From Cyanophora paradoxa CCMP329 (taxonomy: Eukaryota; Plantae; Glaucophyta): 64,000 nt of DNA. The DNA lies in assembly GCA_004431415.1 (NCBI GenBank), contig QPMI01000527.1:135619-199618 (forward strand), written 5' to 3'. A program made the position numbers and the translations under genes. The notes beneath the pieces are model-generated. The model ran no database searches, was not told where the DNA came from, and worked only from the letters and a program-made list of their open reading frames with translations. Each line of letters begins with the position of its first letter. Positions within the stretch are counted from its first letter, which is position 1. Below, piece after piece: positions 49,101 to 62,526 of the stretch.

Positions 49101-51309
49101 GCTGAGTGTAATCCTGCCGCTGTCGTGGCCAAGTTTCCTGCCACAAGCTCCACTGTGCCCTCCACCTGGCCCGTCTTCTCGAGGTCAGGCGACCCCGATA
49201 TGTTAGTCTCACTCTGCATGAACATAACATGCCGTGCAGAGAGCGGCCAAGGCAAACCCTGACCAGGCTTCTCTTATCCTTGAATGCCGCGACAGCGCCA
49301 TTGATGTCACCTACCAGGTAACGTTCTTGCCTATCGCTAGCGCTATAGCGCTAGCGTTGATGCAACCGTCCATGCTAACCCTTCTAGATCTGTGATTTTG
49401 ACGTTTGCCACGCAGCTGCTGGATGCTGTGGGAAGATTATTTCGAGAACGCGTGCAAAGGCGAGCAACGAGTCTTGAGGGCGATTCCGTCACGTGGGTAG
49501 TCGCCATGGCAAGGATTGCGCACGGGTGCGTCACGTTTCCGCACACCCATGTACAAGCTCAAGCTTGCCTGGTTCGAGCAGTTCTGATAATACGAACGCA
49601 CAGAGCGGAGACCGAAGCAAGTCTACGCGAATGTGTGAAGCTTACGGCAGACGATCCGCTCGACATATGGCATGCGAATCAGGTACGTTGCAATTGCGCC
49701 TCCCCTGTACCTGTATAGTACCTTCCGTGTTTAAACTTGCGTGTTCTCCAGTTGTACAAGCTCAAGAGTAAGAAGAGCGACTGCGATAGCGCTCTTTCCG
49801 CCGCATATGATCAACAGGGACCCATTGCCGACTCTGTTGAGGTGGGCGGTGCCCGCGCTTCTGCCTTCCGCCTGTTTTGTCGCCTATATGTGTGTGGGCA
49901 TGCAGGCCCTAGAGCTTTGCCTGCCCGGTGTCGGCAGCCCTCTCGACATGGCTATTGAGCTGGATTTGTACCCGTTCTTTGTACGCCCCATGTCCCACTT
50001 GCTCCTCGCTCCTCACATGCTGTCCCAAACCCCAAACTCCGCTGTATCCTCGCAGGGCCACCCGTTCGTCCATCGCTACATACAGCGCGTCTCTGAGAGC
50101 GCATCAGATCTTCAGGTCAGCATGATCGCTTTATCTCATCCAATTTAGGACCTTATGCATATGCAGGCGGTTTCACTTCTTCCCAGCGCCCTCGTGTCCC
50201 TTGCTCAGAAGGTGCTGTCACGGGATGCCGAAAAAGAAGGCAAGAGCGAGGGAAAGGACGGCAAGAGTGAGAAGAGCGCTTGGGAAGACAAGCAAACGAG
50301 CGAGGGAGAGCTCTGGTGGGAGACCCCGGGACACCCCCTCAACAGCTGGAAGGGAAAGTTCGCTGCGGACTTGATTACCTATTTTATATTCCTCTTCCTC
50401 ATTGCCCTCGGTATTGTCCTTTTCTTCCTTCAGCCGTGTGTGTAGCTACAGCTAACCGCAGCCAGCTGTGTCGAGCGTGCTCGGGGAGCATGGGCGGCCC
50501 CGGCCTTCCGTTTTGGCCCTCCTCGCCATTCAGCCCCTTTGCATGCTTCTTCGGGAGTACTACCAGGTGCGTCTTTTTAAACATGCCTGCCTTCCTTTCT
50601 TTGAAACCAGTTTGCCTCAGGCGCGAGAGGAAGGCTTCCGGGAGTACTTTGGAGACATCTTCAATCTCCTCGACATCGCCCTCTTCGTTGCCACACCGCT
50701 ACTCGCCATTCTTGGGATCATTGCAGAGGCAATACTCTAACTCTTCTCTTTTCTTAAATACATAACCGTATACGTGTGCGTGGTTCAAGCAGTGTTAACT
50801 TCAACATCCGTGCAGGCAATCCCGGCTTGCGCTCGCTACGCCGACAACGTAATTCCTGTTCTAGCCTAGGTGCGGCCCGAAGTACACAGCATTCGCATCA
50901 GTGGCGCGCAGATTGACTAGTACTGCCGATCAGTTTTTATACCGGCTTCTCTTCGCCTTCTCGAGTTTGGGTACATCAGCCCCATGCTAGGTTTGTCATC
51001 GACATCCCCATGGCCAGCATCTTTTCTGAGCTAAAACCTTCTCTGCTCACACCAAAACAGGCCCCATGCTCGTCGTTTTCGGTCGCGTGCGTTTCCCAGC
51101 TTGTGACTGCGATGCTCTGTAACCCTCAGCAATTAATAAATCTTATACTTTTTCACGTGCGAATGTCAGATGGCGCAAAATGTTCTCTCGGTCCTCATCG
51201 TCTTCCTTCTCGTTTTTGCATCCTTCGTGTTCGCCCTCTGGGGCTGGTCGGCTTCCGTCCTTGGCCGCGCCAGCGATGGCGAACCGCCAATCACCTTGGC
51301 CGAAACTGC
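46180..51309 (+). pseudogene. Ankyrin-repeat TRP channel paralog 3 (seven 2-ANK exons), truncated after S5
   Basis: Collinear with paralog 2 up to ...PITLAET (about 51307). Two 1-bp deletions near 48901 and 49140. Pore, S6 and C-terminal exons absent. Confidence 0.8.
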
Positions 51310-51431
51310 GTGAGTTCATGCTTAGTCTGGTCCTTTATGTGGCCGCCGCCGAGTCTGGAGCCTAAGCATGAACTCACGCAGTCGGCGGCCAGTCTGTGAG
51401 CACTCGGCCGGCGCCCGCCCCCTGTTGACAG

Positions 51432-54400
51432 CTCGAGCTCGCCGTCGTGACAATCGTTTTCCCTCAGATCAACTGCACCTTCAGCCCGGCACAGACGGGC
51501 ATCCCGCTCATGGCGCCCCTCGCGAATATATCCGTCGTCGTCCGCGGGATGCCAGGCTCTGCCGCCTGGATGCCCGACGCGCCCGCGATCGGAGATCTCT
51601 TCCTCATTTCGCACGTGGCGCCGATGATCACGACCGGCGGCTACATGCTCGCCGTGTACTCGACGGGGTTCAACGACACCGTCTTCGAGGACGCCGCGTC
51701 AACGGAGCTCTACGTTACGAACTCGGTGATCGGAGAGGCGTATCCAGACATCGGCCCCATGACGGGCGGCACGCGCGTGACTCTCACAGGGACGGCCCTG
51801 CCTCCGAACACTGGGGCGAAACTCGAGGCGCGCGTCTGCAACTCGCCTGCAGTCGTCTGGTCGCTGTGCGTTTCTCGCGTTGAGGCATATTAGGTTTGTG
51901 TATCAATCGCGCTCGTGCAGGACTGCAACGCGAGCCGTCATCGTCGCGCCCCCTGCGGTCAGCAGCAGAGCCTTGAATGAAACAGGGATAGGGAATACGT
52001 ATACAGGTAACGGAACTGCAGCAAACGCCACTTCGGCTGCTGGTCAACCGTCGAATTCCACCGCGAGATCAAGCAACCCGTCGACGCTCGCCCCCGTCGG
52101 TCTCGCGTACTGCGACATAGAGCTCTCCGTCGGGGCGTGCTGGCTGGCGTCTGGCCCTCCAGCTTCAGGTCTGCCTAGCGGGCGCATCTTTATCTAGTCG
52201 CAGTAATCTCGCGTCTTACAACCGACCGACGAACAGGTACAATGCGCCACCTGTCGCGCACATTTTGCCTCTCCCCGCGCGCATGGCGCTGCCCATCGCG
52301 AGTCTGGAGTTGAGCGCTTTCCTCTCCTTCGGTGCGACGAATGCTTATTATATTGGTGTCGCTCGATGTATAGACGCGACCGCTCTGACCGCTGCACAGA
52401 TCCCGACATCGTGGCCCAGCAGGGCGTGCCCGCGCCTTCCGAGGGTCTCTCCTTTGCGTGGAGCGTCGTCGGCCCCGGCCCCGCGCACTTCGGGAACGAC
52501 TCGCTGGCGAACGTGACGGTCGCAAACCTCACCGCTCCGGGAAACTACACGTTCACCGTCGAAGTGATGGACGTGGACGGAGGCGAGCGCACTAGAGCGT
52601 CAGTATTGATGGAGGCCGTTTTGCTTCCCGGTACGAGCATCGAAATCGAAATTGCTTTTGCCATGCTTATTTCTAATGCCTTCAGCGCAGTTCTCGTCAC
52701 CACTGTCAGAGCCGACATGTCCTTCGACGCTTTCCAACTCAAGTACGCGAATGCGTCCTACAAGGCGGCTCTGCGGAGCTCTCTAGCAAAAGCCTACGGA
52801 GTCGCCGAGGGGTGCTTCTCATCGCCAATCATTCACTTGCGCTAGACTGATTAAAATTCTATTACTGAGGTCTCTTCCTTCTCTGCAGGCGCATTGCAGG
52901 AATCAGCGCGAAGGCTGGATCCGTTCTTCTGAGCGTCAATATAACGGCGTCGACTCTCTCCGAGGCGGACTCATTATTACAGATAGCTGAAGCCTTTACC
53001 GTACAGCCTGTTGCGGACCTGCTGCAGGTCCCCGTGGCCGGCGTCACTCAGCTCAACTCCAGCATTCTCGACCGCGGGGAGAACGCGCCGCCGATGCCCA
53101 TTCTGATCGGGCCGAAGGACGTTGAGGTCAACGGCTCTGCGTTCTGGACCGGTGTGCCGTCGCACTTTCTTTTGAAACGCAGTTCTAGCTGCGCGCCCAA
53201 TTTGACCTCTAGTGACTCACGCGCTCACTCGTATCCTCAGTGTTCGACGGCCGTCAGAGCAGCGATGTAGATGGAGCGGTGCAGTCGTATGTCTGGAACC
53301 TGATTCCGGACCCAGGCTGTCCTCTCACACAGTGCGTTTTTAATTTCTGATCCACTAAAAGCACGTCAGATTTGATAAGATGCGCTTGCAGAGCGGACCT
53401 GGACACTTCTGTTCCCGGTTTCTGCAACGTTACGACCAAGGAGCAGGGCTTCTGCCAGGTTTGCAGACAATAGCTGCTGTTCTGTAGTTTTGCCGAGTTC
53501 TTATGCTCTCTTTTCGCAGGTCGAATTCAACGTGGAAGATTCGGACCTCACCACATCCACGGAACCGATCATCATCAACCTCGTCATGAACCCGCGGCAG
53601 AACCTCCCGCCCGTCATCTTCGGCACGCGCAAGGTCAAGGCGCGCATTGGCGCTCGCCTGGCATCGACATCCCTCAAGCTCGAGCCGCGCATCGCCGACC
53701 AAGACGAGGATGGTGCGGTGGCAGCGCTGGGGTATTTCGCACTGTAAACTTTTGATTTGCTGACGTGGGAGCTCCCTTGCAGGGTTCATAGCGTCCGTGA
53801 GATGGGAGCAGGTGTTCGGGCCTGGCAACGCAACCCTGAAGTCCAGTGGCCAGACCGCGGTCGAGGTGATGCCGAATTTTGCAATCGATTGCAACGTTTT
53901 CGGGCCGGGTTTATGTAATTAATATCGGCTGATTTGGGCGCACTGGCTTCAGATCTCGGGGCTGACGGAAGGCAAGTGGCGATTCCGCGTCACCGCGACG
54001 GACAACGGCGTTATGGGAGTACTGCGCCCCTTGAGCTCCAAGGCCGACTTTGATGTTGAAGGTGCGAGAGGGTTTGAAAGCCTTTGATTTTCCAGAGCTG
54101 ATTTCGCTCAGTCTCTTCGACGACTGTTGTGGACTCGGTGGACCCCGCGACGGCGAAGGCCGCCGGCGAGACGGTGCGTCTGCTCCTCTGCTCCTGGGTC
54201 GCATAAAATATGCGGAGAAGCGGCTCATGCCCGCGCCTCAGGTTGCGACCGCTGTCGCTGCCAGCGTCGCTGCGAGCGTCGCGATCGCCGTCGCGGGGAG
54301 CGTGGCTGGAGCCGTGGCAGGGGCGACAGCCGCCGCCACGGCCGCAGCAGCTGGAGCGGCTGCCGCCTCCGCTGGCGCCGCCGGCGCGGCCGGCGCGGCC

Positions 54401-57400
54401 GGCGGCGCCGCTGGCGGTGCAGCGGGTGGCGCGGGAGGTGGCGCGGGAGGTGGCGCCGGCGCCGCTGCAGGCGGTGGCGCCGATGCACCAAATCCGAAGG
54501 TCGAAGGCGACACGAACACCGGAACAACGGTGCGCATTCGCAAAGTTTCGGCGCCGTTTTGGCATCGTCGGCATTGAATTTGACTTTGACGCGTGAATGC
54601 GCCTTCCGGCAGACCCTCATCAATCAGACGCAAAAAATAGCGGTCATTGGGGCCATTTCCGGCGACAACGTCCCCGAGTCGTACAGAGCGATGTCTGGCG
54701 CCCTCGGCACTTTCATGCTCCAGGTTCGCATTTCGAGCTATGTCTGCTCGTCCCACACGATGGGATCGAAGTGCTTATAATTACGCGGGGCCCAGTTCAA
54801 TGTCGTTCCAATGGACGGCTCGGCCAACGGAACATCGGCCGCCCCCACGCCCACGTGAGCAAATCTTCATTTTTCGCTGTGCTCACAGCGCGCTGATGCG
54901 TCCTGCGCAGGCCCGTGCCCCGCCCGACTGCTCGCAAGATGCTGCAGGCCGTTGCGACAGCGGCGACGATGAGCGCGAGTGAGACGGCGCGGAGGGCGTT
55001 TCACAGCGCCATGCTGTACGGCTTTGGGATCCTGGCGATCGTGACCGTCGCGCACCTGCTGCTCCATCTCGTTGTGGTTCGGTGGCTCAAGAAGCTCCCG
55101 GGGCTGCCTGGCAAGCTTGGTGAGCGCTTTCCCCCTTCCAGTGATCCGCACGGCTGCAATGAGTAAATCGAAGGCTGCTAATTGCTTCCCGCCGCAGCCT
55201 TCCCGTTCCCGGAGCTCTCGGTGCTCATGAGCGTGTACCAACCAATGGCGATGGCATCCGCCGCGTATCTCCCCCTGGCTCCCTCGGGTGTCCAGGCGGG
55301 AATCATTGCATTCCTGGTGCGTGGCTCTCATTATACAGAGTGTCGCCGCAGCCTCACCAATCCGGCCGCCGAGGCAGATTCTCGGCTGCGTGGTCGTTCC
55401 GGCCTTGTTTCTATGCGTGCTTGTGTACCGCATTCGGAACGACCGGCTTCTCATCTACGAGCCGAACGAGTCGCTCTTCCAGGTCAGCTCATATATATTC
55501 CTGCATGAGTTCGCTCTGACTCTGTCGTTGGCTCTGATCCCCGCGTTCGAAAATTCCTCGCGCAGACATTCACGGGGTCGCGTGCGCCGGAAGTTCTTTG
55601 GGACGATCTACGCGAGGAGCAGCGGGGGAAAATTGCGATGGGCCTGTACCGCCGCCCGGGCCAACGCGCCTTCGGATCGATTCCTTCAGCGGGCTTGAAA
55701 CCGAAGCCCAAGGGCAGCATCGACGGGAGCGAGGCCACATCGGAACGGAGCGATGGCCTGCTCGAGGAGGTTGACGACACACAGTTCGATGCGAAAGGGC
55801 GCGTCCGTAGAAAGACTTTCGCTACTCGAGTCGGCGTCCACATCAGCCGTGCAGCGGGGAAGCTTGCCATTCGCTTCGGAGACGCTATGGAGGTCTTCTT
55901 CAACAAGGTCGGCTTTAATTTCCTGCGCTGAATATCCCCTAGCCTGCATTCAGTTAGTAGCTCTTACATTGTTTTCGCCGTGCGCGCAGCTGAATACGTT
56001 GATGTTCCGCGGGAGTTGGGTGGTGAATCAGCGGGAGTACGGAAACCGAGCCAAGGGCTTTGCGGACGGATGGAACGTGCGTTGACGTCGTTCAATCACT
56101 TTTCAGCGCAACAGCGACGCGACGAAAGCTGACTGGCTTTCGTCAGATTCTCTACGCGGACTTCACCGACAACCAAATGGCGTTTCTGACGGGTGTACTG
56201 GCTCTTGTCCGCCAGCTGCTGAGCGTGATCGTCGTCGGCGTCATGTCGGCCCAGCAGGCGCAGAGCAGCGGCAGCGGCGGCGAGGACAACGCCATCAGCG
56301 GCGCGCTCGCCTCGGTCGGCGAGTCGTTCACCCCCATGCTTCAAGTGACGCTGCTTTTGGGGATCAACATCTTCACGCTCGTTCTGCACATAATCGCCCG
56401 CCCGTTCATCTGCCGCTGGTCTGTGGGCTAAAGCTAGTTGTAGAATAATGCGGGCTTCATCCGTCTTCTGACGCCGAGTTTCGCCAGGGTCGGCATTGTG
56501 GAAGGCTTCACTCTGTTCGAGGAGTCAATCATCATGCTCGCCATCCTGCAGGTGGACCTCGGGTGGGGCTGGGACGCCGGTGAGCGCTTCCTGGCTCGTT
56601 GACGCATGCATCAAAGGCCCGCCCTAATCCCCTATAAGGCGCGATCATGTTCCAAGTCGCGATGGTCATGAGCTTTATCTTGGTGGCCGACAACATGCTC
56701 GGCAAGCTCCAGCTGCTGGGGGCGCTGATAAAGAAGCGCGATGCATACTTGAACGCCATACGTTCGGCGTCTAATGCTGTGTCGGATGCGGTCACCGGTC
56801 GGGTGAGGGCGTTGCGCGTCAATTGCGCCGAATCGCGCATCACTCTGGAACTCCTCGCCAGCAAGTGAGTTGATCTCGTGATCCGTGAAGTGTGCTGGCA
56901 ATCCGGCACGTTTCTGAAATTTCCTTTCTACAGGACTCGCAACGCGTGGACTATCATTGCTGACGTCGAGTGGACGCTGCGGCTAGATCCGGATGCCTCC
57001 CATCAAGAAAAGAGAGGCCGCAGCAAAGCAAAGGATGGTGATGGTTCGAAGCCCACAAGCACCTCGGTAGACATGGAATCGCTGTATAGGTGAGCTGTGC
57101 ACAAGCGCTGCAGTCGGCAGCAGCTACAGCCATGCCAATTGACATCGTGCTAATGGCCCTGCAGGTCGCGCTATGACTCCATTCTCCTCGGGCTCTTCTG
57201 CGCGCTCCAGAGGACCCCGGCAGCCGTCGACGGGACGACAAAGCTGCACATATCTGTGGCCGAGGAGACCGAAGAGGGGCTGCATGGCGACTTCACGAAG
57301 GCACTGAGCGCTCTTGAAGAGCTGAAGCAACAGAAGCGGAGGGAGGACGCAAAGGCAGCAGCTAGTGGAAAGCGCTCTTTGCTGCAGCGCATCCGCCAGC

Positions 57401-58563
57401 CTGGCAGCTGTTCGGCAAGAAGAAAGCCGAGGGAGCAAAGTCGACGACAGCTTCGGATACGCATACGGGCCCCGACCCAAGCGATCGCGACCTGAACTCC
57501 AACAGCAAGCTCGAGGGTGAAGACAAAACGGGCACAGGGAGCGAATCAGGCGAGTCGCAGGCGAAGCTTCCGCCGCGCTCAAGCGGCTGAAGAACGACGT
57601 CGCGCTCAACGAGCTCCTGGGCAAGCACGGCCTCTTCTCGGAGGAGGAGCGCGCGGCGGAGCTCGGGCGGCGCAGCAGGGAGCTCGAGCGCCTCGCGGAG
57701 CGCGGGCGGCTGCAGGGCGACCGCGGCCGCACGCGCAGGCTCAAGTCCCAGTGGGAGGCGGCGGACAAAATGCGGATTCGCCGCATGCGGAACTGGCGTG
57801 GCGTCCTTCGCGAGCTGTGGCGCTTCGAAAAAGTCGAAGTAGTCCCATCCGTTGCGGAGGAAGGTGCAGGTCACTGCTCGCCCGCTGAAGCCAACGGATT
57901 TCGAGGCGCGCTCCACCGCTCCCGTCGTTCTCCACCACGACGCTGGAGCTCGCCAAGGGCCGCCCTCGGGCGGGACCCGCCGGCGCAGTCGTCGTGCTCG
58001 ACGGCTCGTCCGCTGCCAGCAGGCCCAGCAACTCGTCCAGCGTCTCCGTGGACTCGTTTATCACCCACCGCGCATCTTTGCCTGCGATCTCTGGCAGTCC
58101 GGCCGGCGATTCACCGCGCAATCAACACTGCAGTGCCCCCCAGTCGCCTCTGTATCGTTTCTCAGGCGGCGTCCAGCCTGTGGCACCTGTCCTGATCCCC
58201 GACTCGGAAGCCACATCCGCAATGCGCCCACCCTCGTCAGCCCTGGGCATCGGTGGCGACCTTGACCACGGCCAGTTGCTGCTGCAGCGAACCGTGTCCG
58301 GCGATGGCGAGTCCGCATCCCCCGCCCCAAGCGCCGGCACCCCGAAGGCCGACGCGCGAGCCCCGCCTCTGCTGGGGGCCATGACGATCGCGAGCAGTGC
58401 CGACTCCCTCGGAGCTGACCCCGCGGGCCAGCCCGACATTGATGCGTTGGAATCCGCTCTAGAGCTTCTTCCAGCCAGTGCCTCGTTGCCGACGGCCAGA
58501 GGCGGGCGCCCTCTGGCGTTTTCGCGACCTGTTCGCGATCGTGACACGATCGCGAGCTCCTAA
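51432..58563 (+). CDS. Large multi-exon membrane protein: IPT/TIG + PKD-like (KIAA0319-type) ectodomain, multipass TM region, low-complexity cytoplasmic tail; 5' end not seen
   Basis: YPDIGPMTGGTRVTLTG (IPT). FAWSVVGPG...NLTAPGNYTFTVEVMD and WEQVFGPG...SGLTEGKWRFRVTATD (PKD-like). ATAVAASVAASVA..G-rich TM start, then several hydrophobic exons at 54.6-56.7 kb. Stop at 58561-58563. Confidence 0.7.
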
Positions 58564-58674
58564 TCGTCGGCGTAGAGCAGCATGTGCATGCATATGCGCA
58601 CTCTTTCGACGATCCCGCCTAAGTATACATAGAATAATAAATCTAGTTTTGTAAACTTTCCTATAGCTATCACC

Positions 58675-58816
58675 TTTCTCCTTATCTCTTGCGTTCTCGT
58701 GACCGTGCCCCTTAACGTGATCGTCTTGCGAGTGTCTGCGATTGTCTGCGATCTCTTTGAGTTGTGATTACTCTGTTGTCTTTTAATATTACTACCCGTC
58801 GTATCGCTCAGAAAAA
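58675..58816 (+). mobile_element. Diverged 3' fragment of a LINE-B-related element
   Basis: TTCTCCTTATCTCTTGCGTTCTCGTGACCGTG...TTGTGATTACTCTGTTGTCTTTTAATATTACTACC resembles 30967-31095; short A-run at the end. Confidence 0.65.
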
Positions 58817-59058
58817 TCCCTAATCGAAGGTCATGCGGCACCGGTACCCGGTGCGGGGCGCGGTGTCCATCGGCCGAAGCTAATCCCGATCTACGATCGC
58901 GACTTCCCAGTCGCGAAGCTCAGTCGTGAGGCAGGGGTAGGGGGGAAGGGGAAGTTTTATTGCAAAAGTGGACGTCTCGTCAAGAACACCACGTCTCATA
59001 TATATTCTATAGCTAGGTCTTCGATTTGCACCCGCCCCCTGTTCGTCTCAGCTGCAGG

Positions 59059-61432
59059 GTGTGCAAGGAGGGGTCTAATTCAACAGATCTTGAGCTCGCT
59101 ATGCGTAGGCCTGGGCCGGCCACGCGGCCGCCAGACTCAAATTGAGAGACGTCGACTGGCCATGGAATTCACGGACTCCCGGGTCCCCCGGCGGGTCACG
59201 AACAAACAGCGAACGAGTACCGGTCGAAATCTGTCAAGTCGCCAGTTCCCTTGGCGCAGTGGTAGCGCGTTAGCTTTACACGCTACAGGTCGTGGGCCGG
59301 GCAATTCGAGGGCCGGGCGGAGCTAAAGATTTCGAATTCGACTACATCGTCAATCAATCTTCAGGTAACTCGATCGGTCTGTCTCGCTTTTAGCTTGGCT
59401 CTTATATAATTAGTCTTAATGATCTTCTTGCTCCTGTCCTACTAGGCTATATATAGCTAGCTATAGGGCTTTGTTTCTGTACAGGCACAAGTAGTAGGCG
59501 CCTCCCCCATGGCCATGGTGTGCCCGGCCGGCGCCGCGCGGCGGGAAAAAGGGGCGGGGAAGGAGCTCTCCTGCCCTCCAATATTAATCCTCCAGGGTGG
59601 GAGTGGAGCCCTTCTCCTGAGGAATGATGTGGGGGCGCACGTGGGGGAGCTCGAGTCCGGATCCAGGCTCATGATCGATATCATACATATATATCATGCA
59701 TGGTACCAGTTTACATGTATCGATGTATCGATATCGATGGGGCCCGGAGGGGGGGGGGGGGAGGGAGGGAGTGGGGAGGGGGGAGGGGAGGGGGGGAGGG
59801 GGGCGGAAGGGGGTACTACTGGCATGGTGAATGAAATTTGGTGTGGGGGTGGGGGTGGGGGGTGGGGTGTGTGTGTGTGGGGGGGGGATATTAATATCTT
59901 GGGGTTGGAATATTAATGGAACAGGCTGCGTATGCAGAACGTGCGCTGTATATTGCGCGCGCCTGCGGGAGCTGGTCGCGATCGGCCGCGGGGGGATCCC
60001 GGAGCCGCAGGCCTAGGATGCAAATGCCCTCCACGTGCTGCAGCATTTCAAAGTTTCCTCGAGAGGCATTCATGATCATGATATCGATCATGATTATAAA
60101 TTAAAAACATATATACGTATATACGTATTATAATTATATGAATTCGAAGGGCGAGGATGCGTATATACGATGATGAGGATCCGGATCCGGAGCGCGACCG
60201 CGAGCTCGAGGCCTAGGGGAGCACCGGGGGCCACCGTATGCATGGCCAGCGGATGCAGCTGGCGGCCGCGGTGGCTGTTGGTAATTGCAACCTTAGCGTT
60301 AACGTCGACGGCGAGGACCGATCGCGACTCCCGATCCTTCTCCGCCAGCATAATCAGAACAGGCAGTCTGCAGACGGCCGGGGTGGGGCGGGGCGGGGCG
60401 GGGCGCGCGGCCGCGGGGCGGCGCGGGGCGGCCGCGGGGCGGGGAGGGCGGGGCGGAGTGGGCAGGGCGGCCACGGGCCGCGGGGCGGGGCGGCTGCGGG
60501 CGGCTGCGGGCCGCCGGTGGGCGGGGCGGGGCTGGGCGGAGCTGCCACGTGCACGGGGCGGGGCGGAGCGGGGCGACCGCGGCGCGGGGCGGCCGCGGGG
60601 CGGGGCGCAGCGGGCGGAGCGGCTACGGGGCGGGGCGGGCCCGGGCGCGGGCCGGCCGGGGCGCCGTGGGCGTAGCAACTTGCAAATTAAACAGTCAGGG
60701 CCCGGGGCGTGCGCCCGCAACGAATCCCCGGAGTGGTCGTATAATATGTGCGATCGCGAGAGTAACTTAAAGGGATCTTGCGCAGGGCCCGCGCGCGGGC
60801 GGGCGCGCTCCGAGTCTCCGGTCCCTCCGGGCGCCGCGGCCGGCCGCGGATCCGGATCGGAGCGGCCGCGCGGTGCCAGGCTGCCCTATCCGATGATCAT
60901 GGCATGGCCATGGGCCAGCGAGCGCGCGCTTCGCGCTTTGAATGCGCGCCGCTGCAGCTGCGCATGCGCAGCGCTAGCTATAGCGCGGAAGCGCTAGCTT
61001 TCTGAAGGCGCTGCACCGGATCCCAAACCGGCTGATCATGATTCCCGAGCCGCGCGACATCCCGAAATCTAGAAAATTGCGCATGCGACGCCGGCGCCTC
61101 GCTGCGCTGCGCGGGCCTGGGCCCGACGGCCGGGAGCTCGAGGCGAACTTCGATCGGATCCGGGAGACGACTGTTGCTGACGGACGTCTCTCTCTCGTGT
61201 GCAAGGAGGGGTCTAATTCAACAGATCTTGAGCTCGCTATGCGTAGGCCTGGGCCCGGCCACGCGGCCGCCAGACTCAAATTGAGAGACGTCGACTGGCC
61301 ATGGAATTCACGGACTCCCGGGTCCCCGGCGGGTCACGAACAACAGCGAACGAGTACCGGTCGAAATCTGTCAGGTCGCCAGTTCCCTTGGCGCAGTGGT
61401 AGCGCGTTAGCTTTACACGCTACAGGTCGTGG
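59059..61432 (+). repeat. Direct repeat of about 236 bp (59059-59295 and 61197-61432)
   Basis: Near-identical GTGTGCAAGGAGGGGTCTAATTCAACAG...CTACAGGTCGTGG; includes the 5' part of tRNA-Val. Confidence 0.9.
59245..59296 (+). pseudogene. Truncated tRNA-Val(TAC) copy
   Basis: Identical to the 5' part of 61382-61451; breaks in the T stem. Confidence 0.8.
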
Positions 61433-61451
61433 TTCGAACCCACAGGGGACA
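61382..61451 (+). tRNA. trnV: tRNA-Val (anticodon TAC)
   Basis: Acceptor stem GTTCCCT/AGGGGAC with discriminator A; D arm GCGC-AGTGGTA-GCGC; anticodon loop TT-TAC-AC; TTCGAAC T loop. The T stem has only 4 bp (GTGG/CCAC), so it may be a pseudogene or a homopolymer error. Confidence 0.8.
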
Positions 61452-62072
61452 TTTGAGGCACCGCGTCGAGCCGTGCAGCGCCGCCGATGGCCACGAGCCG
61501 CTGGTGTCGATGGCGTGCCTGGCGCGTGCCGGGCGGCGGCGCGCGGCGCCGGCGGGTGGGAGACTGGGAGTGCCGCGGGCGCGGCCGGCTTCAGGCCTCG
61601 GCACGGAACTTCTGCGGGAAGCCGGACGGCCCCTTGTTAATTGTACAATTTGTACTAGTATTGCAATTGCCGGCGGGCCGGCCCGGGCGCCGCGGCGCCT
61701 GCAAATTGGCTGCAATGCAACGGTACCGGTACGTATTTACCGATCCGGTTTGCTCCGCACCCGGATCGCTATCGCTATCAACCCCATCCCTTTGGCGCCG
61801 GCGTTCGCCAGCCGCGCGCTCCTGCCGCGCCACTACTAGGCTACCGGAACGTCGCGTTAGCTAGAGCCGCACGGCCCGCACGTGCACGTCGACGTCACGC
61901 CGATATCGATTCCCGATCCGGTCCGGAAGTAGAGCGAGGGCGGCGGGTCGCGCCCCGCGAGCGGCCGTGACTGAGCTCCCTGCCTACAGACGCCCGGCCC
62001 CAGAGGAACGAGCAAAATAGAATTACGTGTACAGGTGGCCCCACTCGGAGCTCGGGCCGCGAGAGCCGACGC

Positions 62073-62490
62073 CTACAGGACCTGGGGCGCGTCTGGACGA
62101 CGGTGATGGAGCCGTCGAGGCCCCACACGCCTCCACGTCTGCGCGCGCACAACGGCGCGTCAGCGCTGGCACCGCGCGGGGCCTCGCGCGCGGGGCGCGC
62201 GGCCACCTGCGGGGAGCCGCCCATGGCGCGCTCGACGGCCAGCCCGACGGCCGCGAGCCGCTTGACCTGTCCGAGGCGCTTCGTCAGCGCGAGCAAAGGC
62301 GGCGGGGCGGGCGGGGCGGGGCGGGCGGGCACGATGGTCTCGCGAGGGCGGCGTCCCAGAAGAGCGCCTCGTCGGCGTAGGAGACGCGCCGCTCCTCCGA
62401 CCTCGCCCCCGAGACCACCGAGTCGTACAGCCGGCCCTGCGCCCGCGCCGGCCCGCCCCGTAAGAAGAGAAAAGAAAAGGAAGAAGGGAA

Positions 62491-62526
<36 letters not shown>

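Larger units (their letters stand above)
1..51309. repeat. Tandem segmental duplication of a TRP gene + relic cassette unit
   Basis: 65-1770 plus 8775-18840 aligns with 36923-48645. The TPR-end / spacer / ANK-start junction recurs at about 14.9-15.7, 23.4-32.4 and 44.9-46.2 kb. Confidence 0.9.

Noticed and set aside
48895-49145. Programmed frameshifting in TRP paralog 3 (and in GWD and LINE-B)
   Set aside because: These are isolated single-base losses, mostly in or beside short G/C runs; decay or sequencing error is simpler.
59059-61432. LTR retrotransposon or TRIM
   Set aside because: No TG..CA ends, TSD, primer-binding site or gag/pol; the repeat includes part of a tRNA gene.
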